Shown: one piece after another, positions 28,435-37,570 of the stretch
Layout: every line of letters starts with the position of its first letter
Position numbering within the stretch: the stretch's first letter is position 1
Assembly (NCBI GenBank): GCA_963702435.1
Contig: CAVPCR010000005.1
Coordinates: forward strand, 474,688-538,687
Origin: Candidatus Eiseniibacteriota bacterium
GTDB taxonomy: Bacteria > Eisenbacteria > RBG-16-71-46 > CAVPCR01
Length of the DNA: 64,000 bases
Direction of reading: 5' to 3'
Position numbers and translations under genes: made by a program
The notes under the pieces: model-generated
The model's database searches: none
Seen by the model: the letters and a program-made list of their open reading frames with translations, nothing else
Told to the model about the DNA's origin: nothing

Positions 28435-30671
28435 CTAGGGCGCGGTCTCCGCGCCCTCGGCCCCGGCGACCGGCCGGTAGGCCACGCCCAGCTCGGTGAC
28501 GAGAAAGGCGTAGGCGTCGGCCTCCTCCGCGTTCCGGCTTGCGAGCGGTGTGCCGATCCCATGCCCCGTGTGGGCGTCCGTCCGGAGGAGAACGGGTCGG
28601 CCGGAGCTCGTCGCCGCCTTGAGCCGCGCGGTCATCTTCCGCGAGTGCATGGGATCGACCCGCGGGTCGTTGGCCCCGGTCATGAACAGGACCGCCGGAT
28701 AGGGCGTGCCCTCCCGCACGTGGTGGTACGGCGAATAGGCGGAGAGCGCCATGAACTGCTCCCGGTCCTTCACCGTTCCGAACTCGGTCGTGTTGAACTC
28801 GCCATTCGGGGTCTCCTCGGCCCGGAGCATGTCGTAGACCCCCACCCGGGACACGACGGCGCGGCAGAGATCCGGGTGCTGGACGAGGGTCGCGCCCATC
28901 AACGTCCCGCCGTTCGAGGCGCCGGCGGCAGCCAGCCGCTCCCGCGACGTGTAGCGATTCGCGATCAAGTACTCGGCGCACGCGGCGAAATCGTCGAACA
29001 CGTTCTGCTTCCGCGTCAGGTTCCCCGCGTGATGCCACGAGCGGCCGAATTCTCCCCGCCGCGCAGGTTGGCCACGGCGTAGATCCCGCCCTGCTCGAGC
29101 CACAGGCGGCGGGTCGCATCGAAGCCCGGCTTCTCGGCGATGCCGTAGCCGCCATAGCCATAGAGGATCGCCGGCGCCGTGCCGTCGACCGGGGTGCCCT
29201 TGCGGAGAAGAATGTTGATGGGAATGCGGGTGCCGTCCTTCGACAGCGCGAACTCGCGGCGGACCTCGACATCGCTGAAGTCCGCGGGGGAGCGCATGAG
29301 GAGCCGCGTCGGGACGACCTTCCAGGTCGCGGGATCGAAGCGATACCAGCCGCCGGGCTCCACGTAGCTCTCGCGCTCGAAGAGAAGATCGTCGACGGCG
29401 AGCGGCACGAGCCGGCGGACCGCGGCATGGACCGGCAAGGGAACGAACCCGAGCTGCGTCCCCGCGTGATCGAAGACGCGGAGCCGCGAGGGTCCGCCCG
29501 CCTGGTCGAGCACGTAGAGGCGGGTGGCCGCCACCGCGAAGTCCTCGATCGCAACATCGCTTCCCGGCACGGCGATCTCGGCCCGCGCCAGATCCGGCGC
29601 GCCGAGCGGCAGGCGCAGGATCTTCCCGTTCGGCGTACCCTGATAGGACAGGAGGTAGAGGCTCCGATCGAGGCCGGCCCCGAGGCGGGCGCGCAAGCAT
29701 TCATCGCCGAAGGTGGTCAGCTGTCGCCAGGCCCCGGTGTCCGGGTCGAGGAGCCAGAACGCGTGCTCGCCGCCGTCGCCGTTCAGCACGTCGGCGAGTA
29801 TCTCGCGACCGCCGTCCCGCGTCGTGAGCAGGATCTCGGCGATGCGCGGGAACTCGCGTCCGAGCACATGAGCTGTCGTCCCCGGCCGCGGTGCCGAGCC
29901 GATGATGGAAGATCTGCTGGTGGAAGCAATGCGCGTCCGGCGAATGCGGATCCGGATCGGGATAGCGCGTGTGATAGAAGCCCTGTCCGTCCGCCGTCCA
30001 GGCCACCGCCCCGCCCGCCGTCCCGCCGTGACGCGCGGCACCGAGTCGGGAAGACGCTGTCCGCCGACCGTCTCGAACACGGAGACCGTGCCGTCCTCGG
30101 TCCCGCCGGTCGACAGCGAGACGGCAACCAGGGATCCGTCCGGTGACGGCTCGAAGAAATCGATCGACGTGTCGCCGCTCGGATCGAGGACGTTCGGATC
30201 GACGAGGACGCGCTCGCTCGCCGGATCGGTCAGGGAATCGAAGACGATGAGGAATGGCTGTTGCTTCGGCGGCTCATCCTTGAGCGCGAAGAACCGCGCG
30301 CCGCGGCGGACCAGACCGAAGTAGCTCGGTGCGAGGTGCCGCGTGAGCGCGTCGAGCCGGGCGAGGATGGCGGGGCGCGCCGGCACCCGGTCGAAATAGG
30401 CGCGCGCGCGGGCGTTCTCGGCATCGCTCCAGGCCTGAACGCGAGGATCGCTCCCGTCCTCGAGCCATTGATAGTCGTCAGCGACGGTGACCCCGTGGTA
30501 GGTGGTGGTCACAGGCTGCTTCATGGTCGTGGCCTCCGTGGCGCGCGCGGTGTCGCGGCCGGCGGTGAAGGCGAGGGCGGTGATGGCGAGGGCGGTGATC
30601 AAGAGGATGATCGGCAGAGCGAGAATCGCCCCGGGCATGAAGGCGGCTCCAGGCGAGCACGGTCGGCGCAT
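28435..30671 (-). pseudogene. Prolyl oligopeptidase family (S9A) serine peptidase with three frameshifts
   Basis: Signal MRRPCSPGAAFMPGAILALPIILLITALAITALA. N-terminus YHGVTVADDYQWLED, beta-propeller region, and catalytic part GGEFGRSWHHAGNLTRKQNVFDDF...GASNGGTLMGA...DPRV...HGIG. Frame changes occur near 30028 and 29872 (the out-of-frame block AVAWTADGQGFYHTRYPDPDPHS... is read by ORF 29701..30006). A third is at the C4 run 29054-29057, where RGGGEFG requires five C. Confidence 0.8.
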
Positions 30672-30783
30672 GACACCACTCCTCCCTGCGCGGGAGCATA
30701 TCGGCAGCCTCCGGAACCGGCAATCGTGTATCATCGGGCAGGTCCACCATCCTGGCACATCCCTGTGACCGAAGAGGTCGTTC

Positions 30784-31932
30784 ATGTCTGCCCTGCCGAA
30801 ACTCTCGACATCGAGCCTGATCGCGCTCCTGATCCCGGCCCTGTCCCTCGCCGCCACGATCCGCGTGCCGGCCGATCAGCCCACCATCCAGGCCGGCATC
30901 GACGCTGCGGCTACCGGCGACGAGGTCCTGGTCGCCGCGGGCACCTACACGGGCCCCGGCAACCGCGATCTCGATTTCGGGGGTAAGACGATCGCGCTGC
31001 GCTCCGAGGCGGGCGCCGCCGCGACCGTCATCGACTGCCAGAGCCAGGGTCGCGGGCTGTGGCTCCACTCGGGGGAGCCGAGCGCGGCGACGGTCGATGG
31101 CTTCACGATCACCGGCGGCCTGGCCGACGAGGGTGGCGGCATGCTCCTCGCGGGCGCCTCGCCCACCATCCGCAACTGCGTCTTCACGCTCAACTACTCG
31201 GCCGATATCGGCGGCGGGGCGATCAGCAGCGAGGGCGGCTCGCCGGCGTTCATCGACTGCGTGTTCGCCGAGAACGTGGGCGACCATGGCAATGGCGGCG
31301 CCGTTCTGTGCCAAGGCGGAGCGATGACCTTCACGCGATGTGAATTCCGGCGCAACAACTCCTCCTTCCAGGGCGGCTGCTTCTACGTGCAGTCGGCGAG
31401 CGTGACGCTCGTCGACTGCGTCCTCGACCGGAACAGGACGCTCGGCTATGGCGGCGCCCTGCTCACCAAGTCGACCACCCTGGTCCTCGATCGGTGCACG
31501 CTGTACGGCAACGCGGCGACCTTCGGTGGCGGCGGCGGCGGCCTGAGCCTCGATGACGCCTCGACCGCGACCATCACGAACACGATCATCGCCTTCTCGG
31601 CCGACGGCGAGGCGGTGAACTGCCGGGACGGCTCAAGCGCGACGCTCGTTTGCTGCGACGTGTTCGGGAACGCGGACGGCGACTGGACGAGCTGTCTTGC
31701 GGGCCAGCAGGGACAGAACGACAACTTCGCGCTCGATCCGCTCTTCTGCGACGCCCCGAACGGCGATCTGAGCCTGAACGCCGCCTCGCCCTGCCAGCCG
31801 GCGAATGCGCCCGGCGCGTGCGGGCTCATCGGAGCGCTCGGCGTCGGATGCGGGACGGCGGCGGTGCCCGACCCGGGCGCAGCCCCGCTCACACCCTCGA
31901 CGTGGGGCGCGATCAAGGCGCGCGGGCGCTAG
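30784..31932 (+). CDS. Secreted right-handed parallel beta-helix (PbH1/pectate-lyase-fold) repeat protein
   Basis: Signal LIALLIPALSLAATIRVP, start motif IQAGIDAAATGDEVLVAAGTY, and repeated GGA(I/L)...S.(P/V).(I/L).(N/D)C.F..N coils. Confidence 0.7.
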   Translation: MSALPKLSTSSLIALLIPALSLAATIRVPADQPTIQAGIDAAATGDEVLVAAGTYTGPGNRDLDFGGKTIALRSEAGAAATVIDCQSQGRGLWLHSGEPSAATVDGFTITGGLADEGGGMLLAGASPTIRNCVFTLNYSADIGGGAISSEGGSPAFIDCVFAENVGDHGNGGAVLCQGGAMTFTRCEFRRNNSSFQGGCFYVQSASVTLVDCVLDRNRTLGYGGALLTKSTTLVLDRCTLYGNAATFGGGGGGLSLDDASTATITNTIIAFSADGEAVNCRDGSSATLVCCDVFGNADGDWTSCLAGQQGQNDNFALDPLFCDAPNGDLSLNAASPCQPANAPGACGLIGALGVGCGTAAVPDPGAAPLTPSTWGAIKARGR

Positions 31933-31938
31933 TCCAGT

Positions 31939-33249
31939 CTAGGAGCTCGCGGTGCCCGATCCCGCCGCGCTCGACCCGGCCTCGCCCGATCCCGCCGCGG
32001 CCAGCCGGCCGATCGCGGGCACCAGCTGCGCGAGCGCATGGGCGGCGGGCGGCAAGAGACACGGCAAGAGCACGAAGCTGTAGCGCGCCTCGGTCACCGT
32101 GAGCGAGTAGAGCGCCGCGTGGTAGAGAACGAGGAGCCAGAGCAGGCGCCCCGCTGCAACCCACGGCCCGCGGTGGCGGAGGAACGCCAGCGCCACGAGC
32201 GCGAGCAGGAAGCCCTGGATCCAGAACACGCCCCAGCTCCGCCACGAGATCTCCCCGTAGCCGAAGCTCAGCTGCAGGAAGAACCGGAGGAGCTTCGGAC
32301 CCACGCTCAGCACATACAGCCCCGGGTGCTCGCGGATCACCTCGACCGCGCTCTCGCGCATGTACTTCTCGCCAGCCACTTCCCCGAGCTCGCGCCAGCG
32401 CTCCCAGTCCGCGGCCGGAATGGAGTGCAGCCCCGTCATCGACCACCAGTCCCCGACCCGGATCCCGCCCACGCCCTCGTTGAGCACCACCCCGCCCAGC
32501 GTCGATAGCGGCACGAACGCGTGGTGCACGCGGTAATTGCGGACCGCCCACGGCGCGATCACAAGGAAGCAGGCGAGGGCGAGCGCAAGCGCGGCGCCGG
32601 CGCGGCGGAGGAGCGGCGGTCGAGCGCGCGGAACCGCCTGCGTCGCGCCGACGCCGGAGAGCGTCGGGAGGAGGACGAAGACCATGGCGAAGGGCAGGAA
32701 GAGCTGCGGCGTCGGACGGACGAGGAGATCGAGACCGAAGACCAGCCCGGCGAGCGCGCCGCGACCGACAGTCGGCCGTTCCGCCGCGCGAAAGGTCAGG
32801 ATGAGAAACGAGGTGAGCAGGAAGGCGGCCAGCGCCTCGGTGCCGAGCGCCGCCACCTGGATCGCGGGCAGCGGATGCAGCGCGTAGGCGAGCCCGGCGA
32901 GCCAGGCGATGCGGGCGGGAAACAGCCGCCGCCCGAGCACGACGACGAGGAGCGCCGTCGCCGCGTCGATGAACGCCTGCGATATCTGGACCGGGCGGCG
33001 AGCCGGACCGAACAGGCCCGCATGAGCGGCGAGGAAGAGCGGATACCCGGGCGTGCGCCAGCTCTTCGGATGCCATAGCGGATCGCCGGGCGTGCCCGAG
33101 TCGAAGCCCGCTCCGCGGAGGATGTTGGTCGCGATGCGCTGGTACTCGGCGGCATCCCCGGTCGGCAGGAAGCCCGGGTCGACGGCGACCACCGCGAACC
33201 GCACCAGGAGACCGAGCGCAAAGAGGATGAGGAGGCTTCTTCTGGACAT
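31939..33249 (-). CDS. GT-C fold membrane glycosyltransferase (ArnT/PMT_2, GT39/83-like)
   Basis: ATG 33249 with a GGGAGGAG SD. 436 aa with more than 9 hydrophobic helices. The first loop GDAAEYQRIATNIL matches the D/E-x-x-Y loop of this family. The 748-aa ORF is over-extended upstream. Confidence 0.7.
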   Translation of the reverse strand: MSRRSLLILFALGLLVRFAVVAVDPGFLPTGDAAEYQRIATNILRGAGFDSGTPGDPLWHPKSWRTPGYPLFLAAHAGLFGPARRPVQISQAFIDAATALLVVVLGRRLFPARIAWLAGLAYALHPLPAIQVAALGTEALAAFLLTSFLILTFRAAERPTVGRGALAGLVFGLDLLVRPTPQLFLPFAMVFVLLPTLSGVGATQAVPRARPPLLRRAGAALALALACFLVIAPWAVRNYRVHHAFVPLSTLGGVVLNEGVGGIRVGDWWSMTGLHSIPAADWERWRELGEVAGEKYMRESAVEVIREHPGLYVLSVGPKLLRFFLQLSFGYGEISWRSWGVFWIQGFLLALVALAFLRHRGPWVAAGRLLWLLVLYHAALYSLTVTEARYSFVLLPCLLPPAAHALAQLVPAIGRLAAAGSGEAGSSAAGSGTASS

Positions 33250-33341
33250 GAGCTCCTCCCGATCGGCGCCGCGCCGTGCGGCGCGCGGCGGCATCATAGC
33301 GCAGGCCACGCCGGCGCGGGCACCTGTGTTATCCTCGCGAC

Positions 33342-33713
33342 ATGAGCGCGGATCCGCTGACGAGCCCGACCCGACCGGTCGACATCGCCCAGATCGGGCG
33401 GGCCGCGCTGCGCGTGAGCTGGGCCGATGGACATGCGAGCGAGTTTCCGCTGCCGCTCCTCCGGCGGAACTGCCGCTGCGCCGCCTGCCGGGACGCGGAA
33501 CAGACGCCGGCGAGCGCGAGCCCATTCCGGGTGCTCGGGCCCGAGCCGGCGACCGCCCCGGCCGCGCTCGAGCAGGTCGGCAACTACGGCCTCGGCGTGC
33601 ACTGGGCCGACGGTCACTACTCGATCTATGCGTTCGACGCGCTGCGCAACGACTGCCCGTGCCCGCAGTGCCGGCACGGAGCGGCGGCACAGCGCAGCGC
33701 GACCTCATCCTGA
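33342..33713 (+). CDS. DUF971 domain protein (gamma-butyrobetaine hydroxylase N-terminal-like, zinc-binding)
   Basis: Duplicated W.DGH.S.(F/Y) motifs (VSWADGHASEF, VHWADGHYSIY) with Cys pairs CRCAAC and CPCPQC. Confidence 0.7.
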   Translation: MSADPLTSPTRPVDIAQIGRAALRVSWADGHASEFPLPLLRRNCRCAACRDAEQTPASASPFRVLGPEPATAPAALEQVGNYGLGVHWADGHYSIYAFDALRNDCPCPQCRHGAAAQRSATSS

Positions 33714-33723
33714 TCCTCCCGCG

Positions 33724-34383
33724 ATGCCCGCCTCGAATGCCGACCGCACCCCGCTCGCTTCCGCCGAGATGGTCCCGATCGTGCTCGCCGGCGGGAGGGG
33801 CGAGCGTTTGGGCGGAAACAAGGCGCTCCTCGACGTGGCCGGCCGGCCGGCGCTCTGCCGCATCCTCCGCGCCGCGGCCGGCGCCGGGCTCGGGCGGCCG
33901 GTGGTCGTGCTCGGACATGCCGCCGAGCGCGTTCGCGCCATGATTGACGCCGAAGCGCAAGAGTTTGCGGTGCGCTGCGTGGTGAACCCGGACCCCGACC
34001 GCGGGCAGACCAGCTCGGTCCAGTGCGGCATCGCGGCGCTCGCCGCCGGCGCCGGGGCTGCGCTCGTGTGGCCGGTGGATCATCCGCTCGTCACGAGCGA
34101 TGACGCGGCGGCCATCGCCGCGGCAGCCTCCGCCCATCCGGGAGCTACGGTCGTCCTTCCAGTTCACGGCGGCCGGGCCGGACATCCGGTCCTCATCCGC
34201 CGCGCGCTCTTTCCGGCCGTCGTCGCGCTCGACGCCGGTGCGCCGCTTCGCGATCTCCTCCGTAGCGAGCGGGAGCGCACCGTCTTCGTCGAGCGGCCGA
34301 CCGATCTCGTCCTCCGTGATCTCGACACCCCGGCGGACCTCGCGGCCGCGCGGGCGCTCCTCGGCCAGGAACCGCCGGCATGA
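33724..34383 (+). CDS. MobA/MocA-like nucleotidyltransferase (molybdenum cofactor cytidylyl/guanylyl-transferase family)
   Basis: IVLAGGRGERLGGNKALL (the LAGG.S.R.G signature), a later VWPVDHPLV, and C-terminal DLDTPADL. ATG 33724. Confidence 0.75.
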   Translation: MPASNADRTPLASAEMVPIVLAGGRGERLGGNKALLDVAGRPALCRILRAAAGAGLGRPVVVLGHAAERVRAMIDAEAQEFAVRCVVNPDPDRGQTSSVQCGIAALAAGAGAALVWPVDHPLVTSDDAAAIAAAASAHPGATVVLPVHGGRAGHPVLIRRALFPAVVALDAGAPLRDLLRSERERTVFVERPTDLVLRDLDTPADLAAARALLGQEPPA

Positions 34384-35174
34384 ATCCCGCGCTCCTCGCG
34401 GCGATCGTGGATCTCGAGCGGCGAGGCGTGCGCTTCGCGGTCGCGACCGTGGTCGAGACCGTGGGCTCGGTCCCGGGAAAGCTCGGCGCCCGCCTGATCC
34501 TCACCGCCGACGGGCACGAGCTCGGCACGGTGGGCGGCGCCGGGCTCGAGGAGAAGGTGCAGGCGCTCCTCCGCGCGGCGCTCGCCGGCGGGCGCGGCGC
34601 CGGACTCCATCGCTTCGATCTCGCCCGGCAGAAGCCGGACGGGCTCGACTCGGTCTGTGGCGGCTCCGCAACCATCTTCATCGAGATCATGAATCCGAGA
34701 CCTCACCTCGTCCTCTTCGGCGGCGGGCACGTCGCGCTCGCCGTGGCTCGCCTCTGCGATCTCCTCGAGTACCGCTACACGGTCGTCGACGACCGGTCCG
34801 ACTACGCGACGCGCGAGCGCTTCCCGCACGCGATCGAGACGATCGCCGGCCACGCCGAGGACTTCTTCCGCGGGCGCGACTTGACGCCTTACACGCACGT
34901 CTATGTGCTCGGCTATTCGCACCACGAGGACGAGGCGACCCTCGCCGCGGCGCTCTCCGCGTTCACCGGCCCGATCGGGCTCATCGGCTCGCGGGCCAAA
35001 CGCGAGGATCTCCGCGTGCGCATCGCCGCGCGCGGGATCGATGCCGCCACCTTCGATGCCCGCGTCAGCTGCCCGATAGGACTCCCGATCGGCGCGGAGA
35101 CGCCGGCCGAGATCGCGGTCGCGATCCTCGGCGAGGTGATCAAGGGCTACCGCGCCGCGAGCGCGCCGCGCTAG
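34380..35174 (+). CDS. XdhC/CoxI family molybdoenzyme maturation protein
   Basis: ATGA overlap with the previous gene. The N-terminal domain is FAVATVVETVGSVPGKLGARLILTADG...GTVGGAG, followed by the Rossmann part LVLFGGGHVALAVARL. Confidence 0.8.
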   Translation: MNPALLAAIVDLERRGVRFAVATVVETVGSVPGKLGARLILTADGHELGTVGGAGLEEKVQALLRAALAGGRGAGLHRFDLARQKPDGLDSVCGGSATIFIEIMNPRPHLVLFGGGHVALAVARLCDLLEYRYTVVDDRSDYATRERFPHAIETIAGHAEDFFRGRDLTPYTHVYVLGYSHHEDEATLAAALSAFTGPIGLIGSRAKREDLRVRIAARGIDAATFDARVSCPIGLPIGAETPAEIAVAILGEVIKGYRAASAPR

Positions 35175-35258
35175 AATACCGCCGCGTCCAGCGGCGTCCC
35201 GGGTCCTTCTTCACGCCGTTGTCACGTCACGCCAAACAAGACAGAGGAGAAAATCAAC

Positions 35259-35923
35259 ATGCCTTCAAGGCTGGACTTCCGCCATTCCGGCCGCTTGCCC
35301 TCGTGGCTGGCATCACCGTTCTGTGTGCGGCCGCTCCTGATCGCCGGCTGTCAATCGCAGCCCGGCGGGGAGACCCCGCAGTCGGGCGCGCCGGCGGCAA
35401 CAAGCGCGGCAGCCGCGGCGAGCGCGGCAGCTGCGGTCGATCCCGTCGCGCGCGGCCAGTATCTCGTCAATGCGATCGGCTGCGACGACTGCCACACGCC
35501 CGCACAAGCTCGGCCCGAACGGCCTCGAGCCCGACCTGGAACGCCGCCTCTCCGGGCATCCGGCCTCGCTCATCTTGCCGCCGCCGCCCGCGCTCGGCGA
35601 CGGGCCCTGGGTCGCTTCGGTCACGGGCACCCTCACCGCGTACGCCGGACCCTGGGGGATCTCCTACGCCTCGAACCTGACCCCGCACGAGCCGACGGGG
35701 CTCGCGGTGTGGACCGAGGAGATGTTCCTGCAGGCGATGCGCACCGGGCGGCACATGGGGACCTCGCGTCCGATCATGCCGCCCATGCCGTGGCGCTACT
35801 ACGGCCGCCTGAACGATGAAGATCTGAAGGGCATCTTCGCCTACCTGCGCACGCTGCCGCCGATCGAGAACCGCGTCCCGAGAACGCGCCGCCGACCGCG
35901 CGCCGGCGGCGGGAGCAGACTAG
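35259..35923 (+). pseudogene. Lipoprotein c-type cytochrome, frameshifted
   Basis: Lipobox LLIAGCQS and heme motif GCDDCHTP. One extra base at ~35502 moves the conserved continuation HKLGPNGLEPDLERRLSGHP...WTEEMFLQAMRTGRHMG..RPIMPPMPWRYYGRLNDEDLKGIFAYLRTLPPIENRVP into ORF 35470... The end at TAG 35921-35923 is inferred from the hairpin that follows and would need a further shift. The signal peptide may also be shifted, because an alternative frame reads FKAGLPPFRPLALVAGITVLCAAAP. Confidence 0.6.
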
Positions 35924-35944
35924 GCCCATGGCAGCGCGAAGAAA

Positions 35945-35972
35945 GCGGGGCAGGCCGACAAGCCTGCCCCGC
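35945..35972 (+). terminator. Perfect 11-bp GC hairpin (candidate terminator) after the cytochrome c gene
   Basis: GCGGGGCAGGC-cgacaa-GCCTGCCCCGC. It is followed by cttcgcttg, so the U-tract is weak. Confidence 0.5.
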
Positions 35973-35993
35973 CTTCGCTTGTCCAGGTCGGAA

Positions 35994-36022
35994 TTGCGTC
36001 GAAACGTCAGGTCGTCTAGATT
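35994..36022 (+). promoter_or_regulatory. Candidate sigma70-type promoter for the MacAB-like operon
   Basis: TTGCGT-N17-TAGATT, followed by an 8-bp palindrome TTGATCAA (36021-36028), in a locally AT-rich patch ~115 nt upstream of ATG 36137. Confidence 0.3.
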
Positions 36023-36136
36023 GATCAATACTATATCCGGGACACTGAAGGTCGTCGCTGAACGAAGAAGCGTCGCCCGGGGGTCGCCTAGCGGGCGCCC
36101 CCGCGGGGACCCTGCCCCTCCCGCAGGGAATCGCCC

Positions 36137-37477
36137 ATGACCCTGAACATCGATCGGATTACCGTGGCACCTGCCAAGCCTCTGCCGGAGAAGAACCTCG
36201 CGGAAGACCTCGCGCGCCTGCGCATCGATCGGGGGCCGCTCGCCACCGGATCGGGCGAAGGCCAACAGGGTCTCCGGAGGCGGCGGCGGCGCTCGCGCCT
36301 CCTGCCCTGGGTCGTCGTGGCCGTACTCCTCGGAGCGGCGTATCTGCTCTTCTCGAGCGACCTCCTCCCCTTCCGCCGGCCGCTCGTGACGGTCGCCCTC
36401 GCCCGCGCCACCGAGAACGGCGGAGGCCCCGCGGCCGGGGCACCGATCCTCTCGGCCACGGGCTACGTGGTCGCGCGCGTGCGAGCGGCGGTGGCGCCCG
36501 AGGTGACGGGCCGTCTCGTCGAGCTCCGCGCCGATGTCGGCGATCAAGTCGCGAAGGGCGCCCTGATCGGACGCCTCGCCGACGAGGACCTCGTCGCCCG
36601 CGCCCGCGAGGCCGAGGCCGTGATCGCCGCTGCCGAGGCGGCGCTCGTCGAGGAGACGGTGCGGCGCGACGATCTCGTGCGCGAGGCGACGCGCCAGCGC
36701 GAGCTCCTCGCCCGCGGGCTCACCTCGCAGTCGCGGCACGATGCGGTCGCTACCGACGCCGCGGCGGCCGAGGCGCGCATCGCCTCCGCCGCCGCCCGCC
36801 TCGAAACGGGGCGCGCGAGCCTGAACGTGGTGCGCGCGCAGATCGAGAAGATGCGGATCCGCGCCCCGTTCGACGGCACGGTGCTCGAGAAGAACGCGGA
36901 GCTCGGCGAGGTCGTCGGTCCCGCGTTCGGCGGCTCGGCGGCGAGCGGGGGCGGCGTGCCGGTCGTCACGATGGCCGATCTCGCGTCCACCGAGGTCGAG
37001 GTGGACGTGAACGAGACCTACATCGGGCGCCTGACCCCGGGCATGCCGGCGACGATCACCCTCGACGCGTACCCCGACCACAACTACCCGGCCGAGGTGC
37101 GTCAGATCGTGCCCACGGCCGACCGCCAGAAGGCGACCGTGCAGGTGAAGGTCGCCTTCCGCGAGCGCGACGTGCGCGTCCTCCCGGAGATGGGGGCGCG
37201 GGTCTCGTTCCTGTCGCCGGCGCCCGCGGCGGGCAGCGTCGAGCGGAGCGTGCAGGTCTGGGTCCCGCGCGACGCGGTGCGCCGCGACGCGCAGAACGGG
37301 ACCGCCGTATATCTCCTGCGCGAGGATCGCGTGGTCTCGACGCCGGTCGAGGTCGGCCCGCAGGTCGGCGGCGACGTGCAGATCTTGAGCGGGATCGGTC
37401 CCGGCGAGCGTGTGGTGGTCGGCAACGAGCCGGCGGTCGCGCCCGGCCAGCGGGTGCGCGTGCGCCAGTCGTCGTAG
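36137..37477 (+). CDS. Efflux transporter periplasmic adaptor (HlyD/MacA family)
   Basis: 446 aa with an N-terminal TM (LLPWVVVAVLLGAAYLLF), a lipoyl-like segment GRLVELRADVGDQVAKGALIGRL, a long coiled-coil, then IRAPFDGTVLEKNAELGEVV. Confidence 0.85.
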   Translation: MTLNIDRITVAPAKPLPEKNLAEDLARLRIDRGPLATGSGEGQQGLRRRRRRSRLLPWVVVAVLLGAAYLLFSSDLLPFRRPLVTVALARATENGGGPAAGAPILSATGYVVARVRAAVAPEVTGRLVELRADVGDQVAKGALIGRLADEDLVARAREAEAVIAAAEAALVEETVRRDDLVREATRQRELLARGLTSQSRHDAVATDAAAAEARIASAAARLETGRASLNVVRAQIEKMRIRAPFDGTVLEKNAELGEVVGPAFGGSAASGGGVPVVTMADLASTEVEVDVNETYIGRLTPGMPATITLDAYPDHNYPAEVRQIVPTADRQKATVQVKVAFRERDVRVLPEMGARVSFLSPAPAAGSVERSVQVWVPRDAVRRDAQNGTAVYLLREDRVVSTPVEVGPQVGGDVQILSGIGPGERVVVGNEPAVAPGQRVRVRQSS

Positions 37478-37570
37478 CTCTCTCGAGAGCACAAGCGAAG
37501 TCCCAGGTCCCGGTTGCTGGTCGCTAGCCCCGCGCTTACGGCGGGGGGCGGGTGGGCAAGGAGAAGAAAG

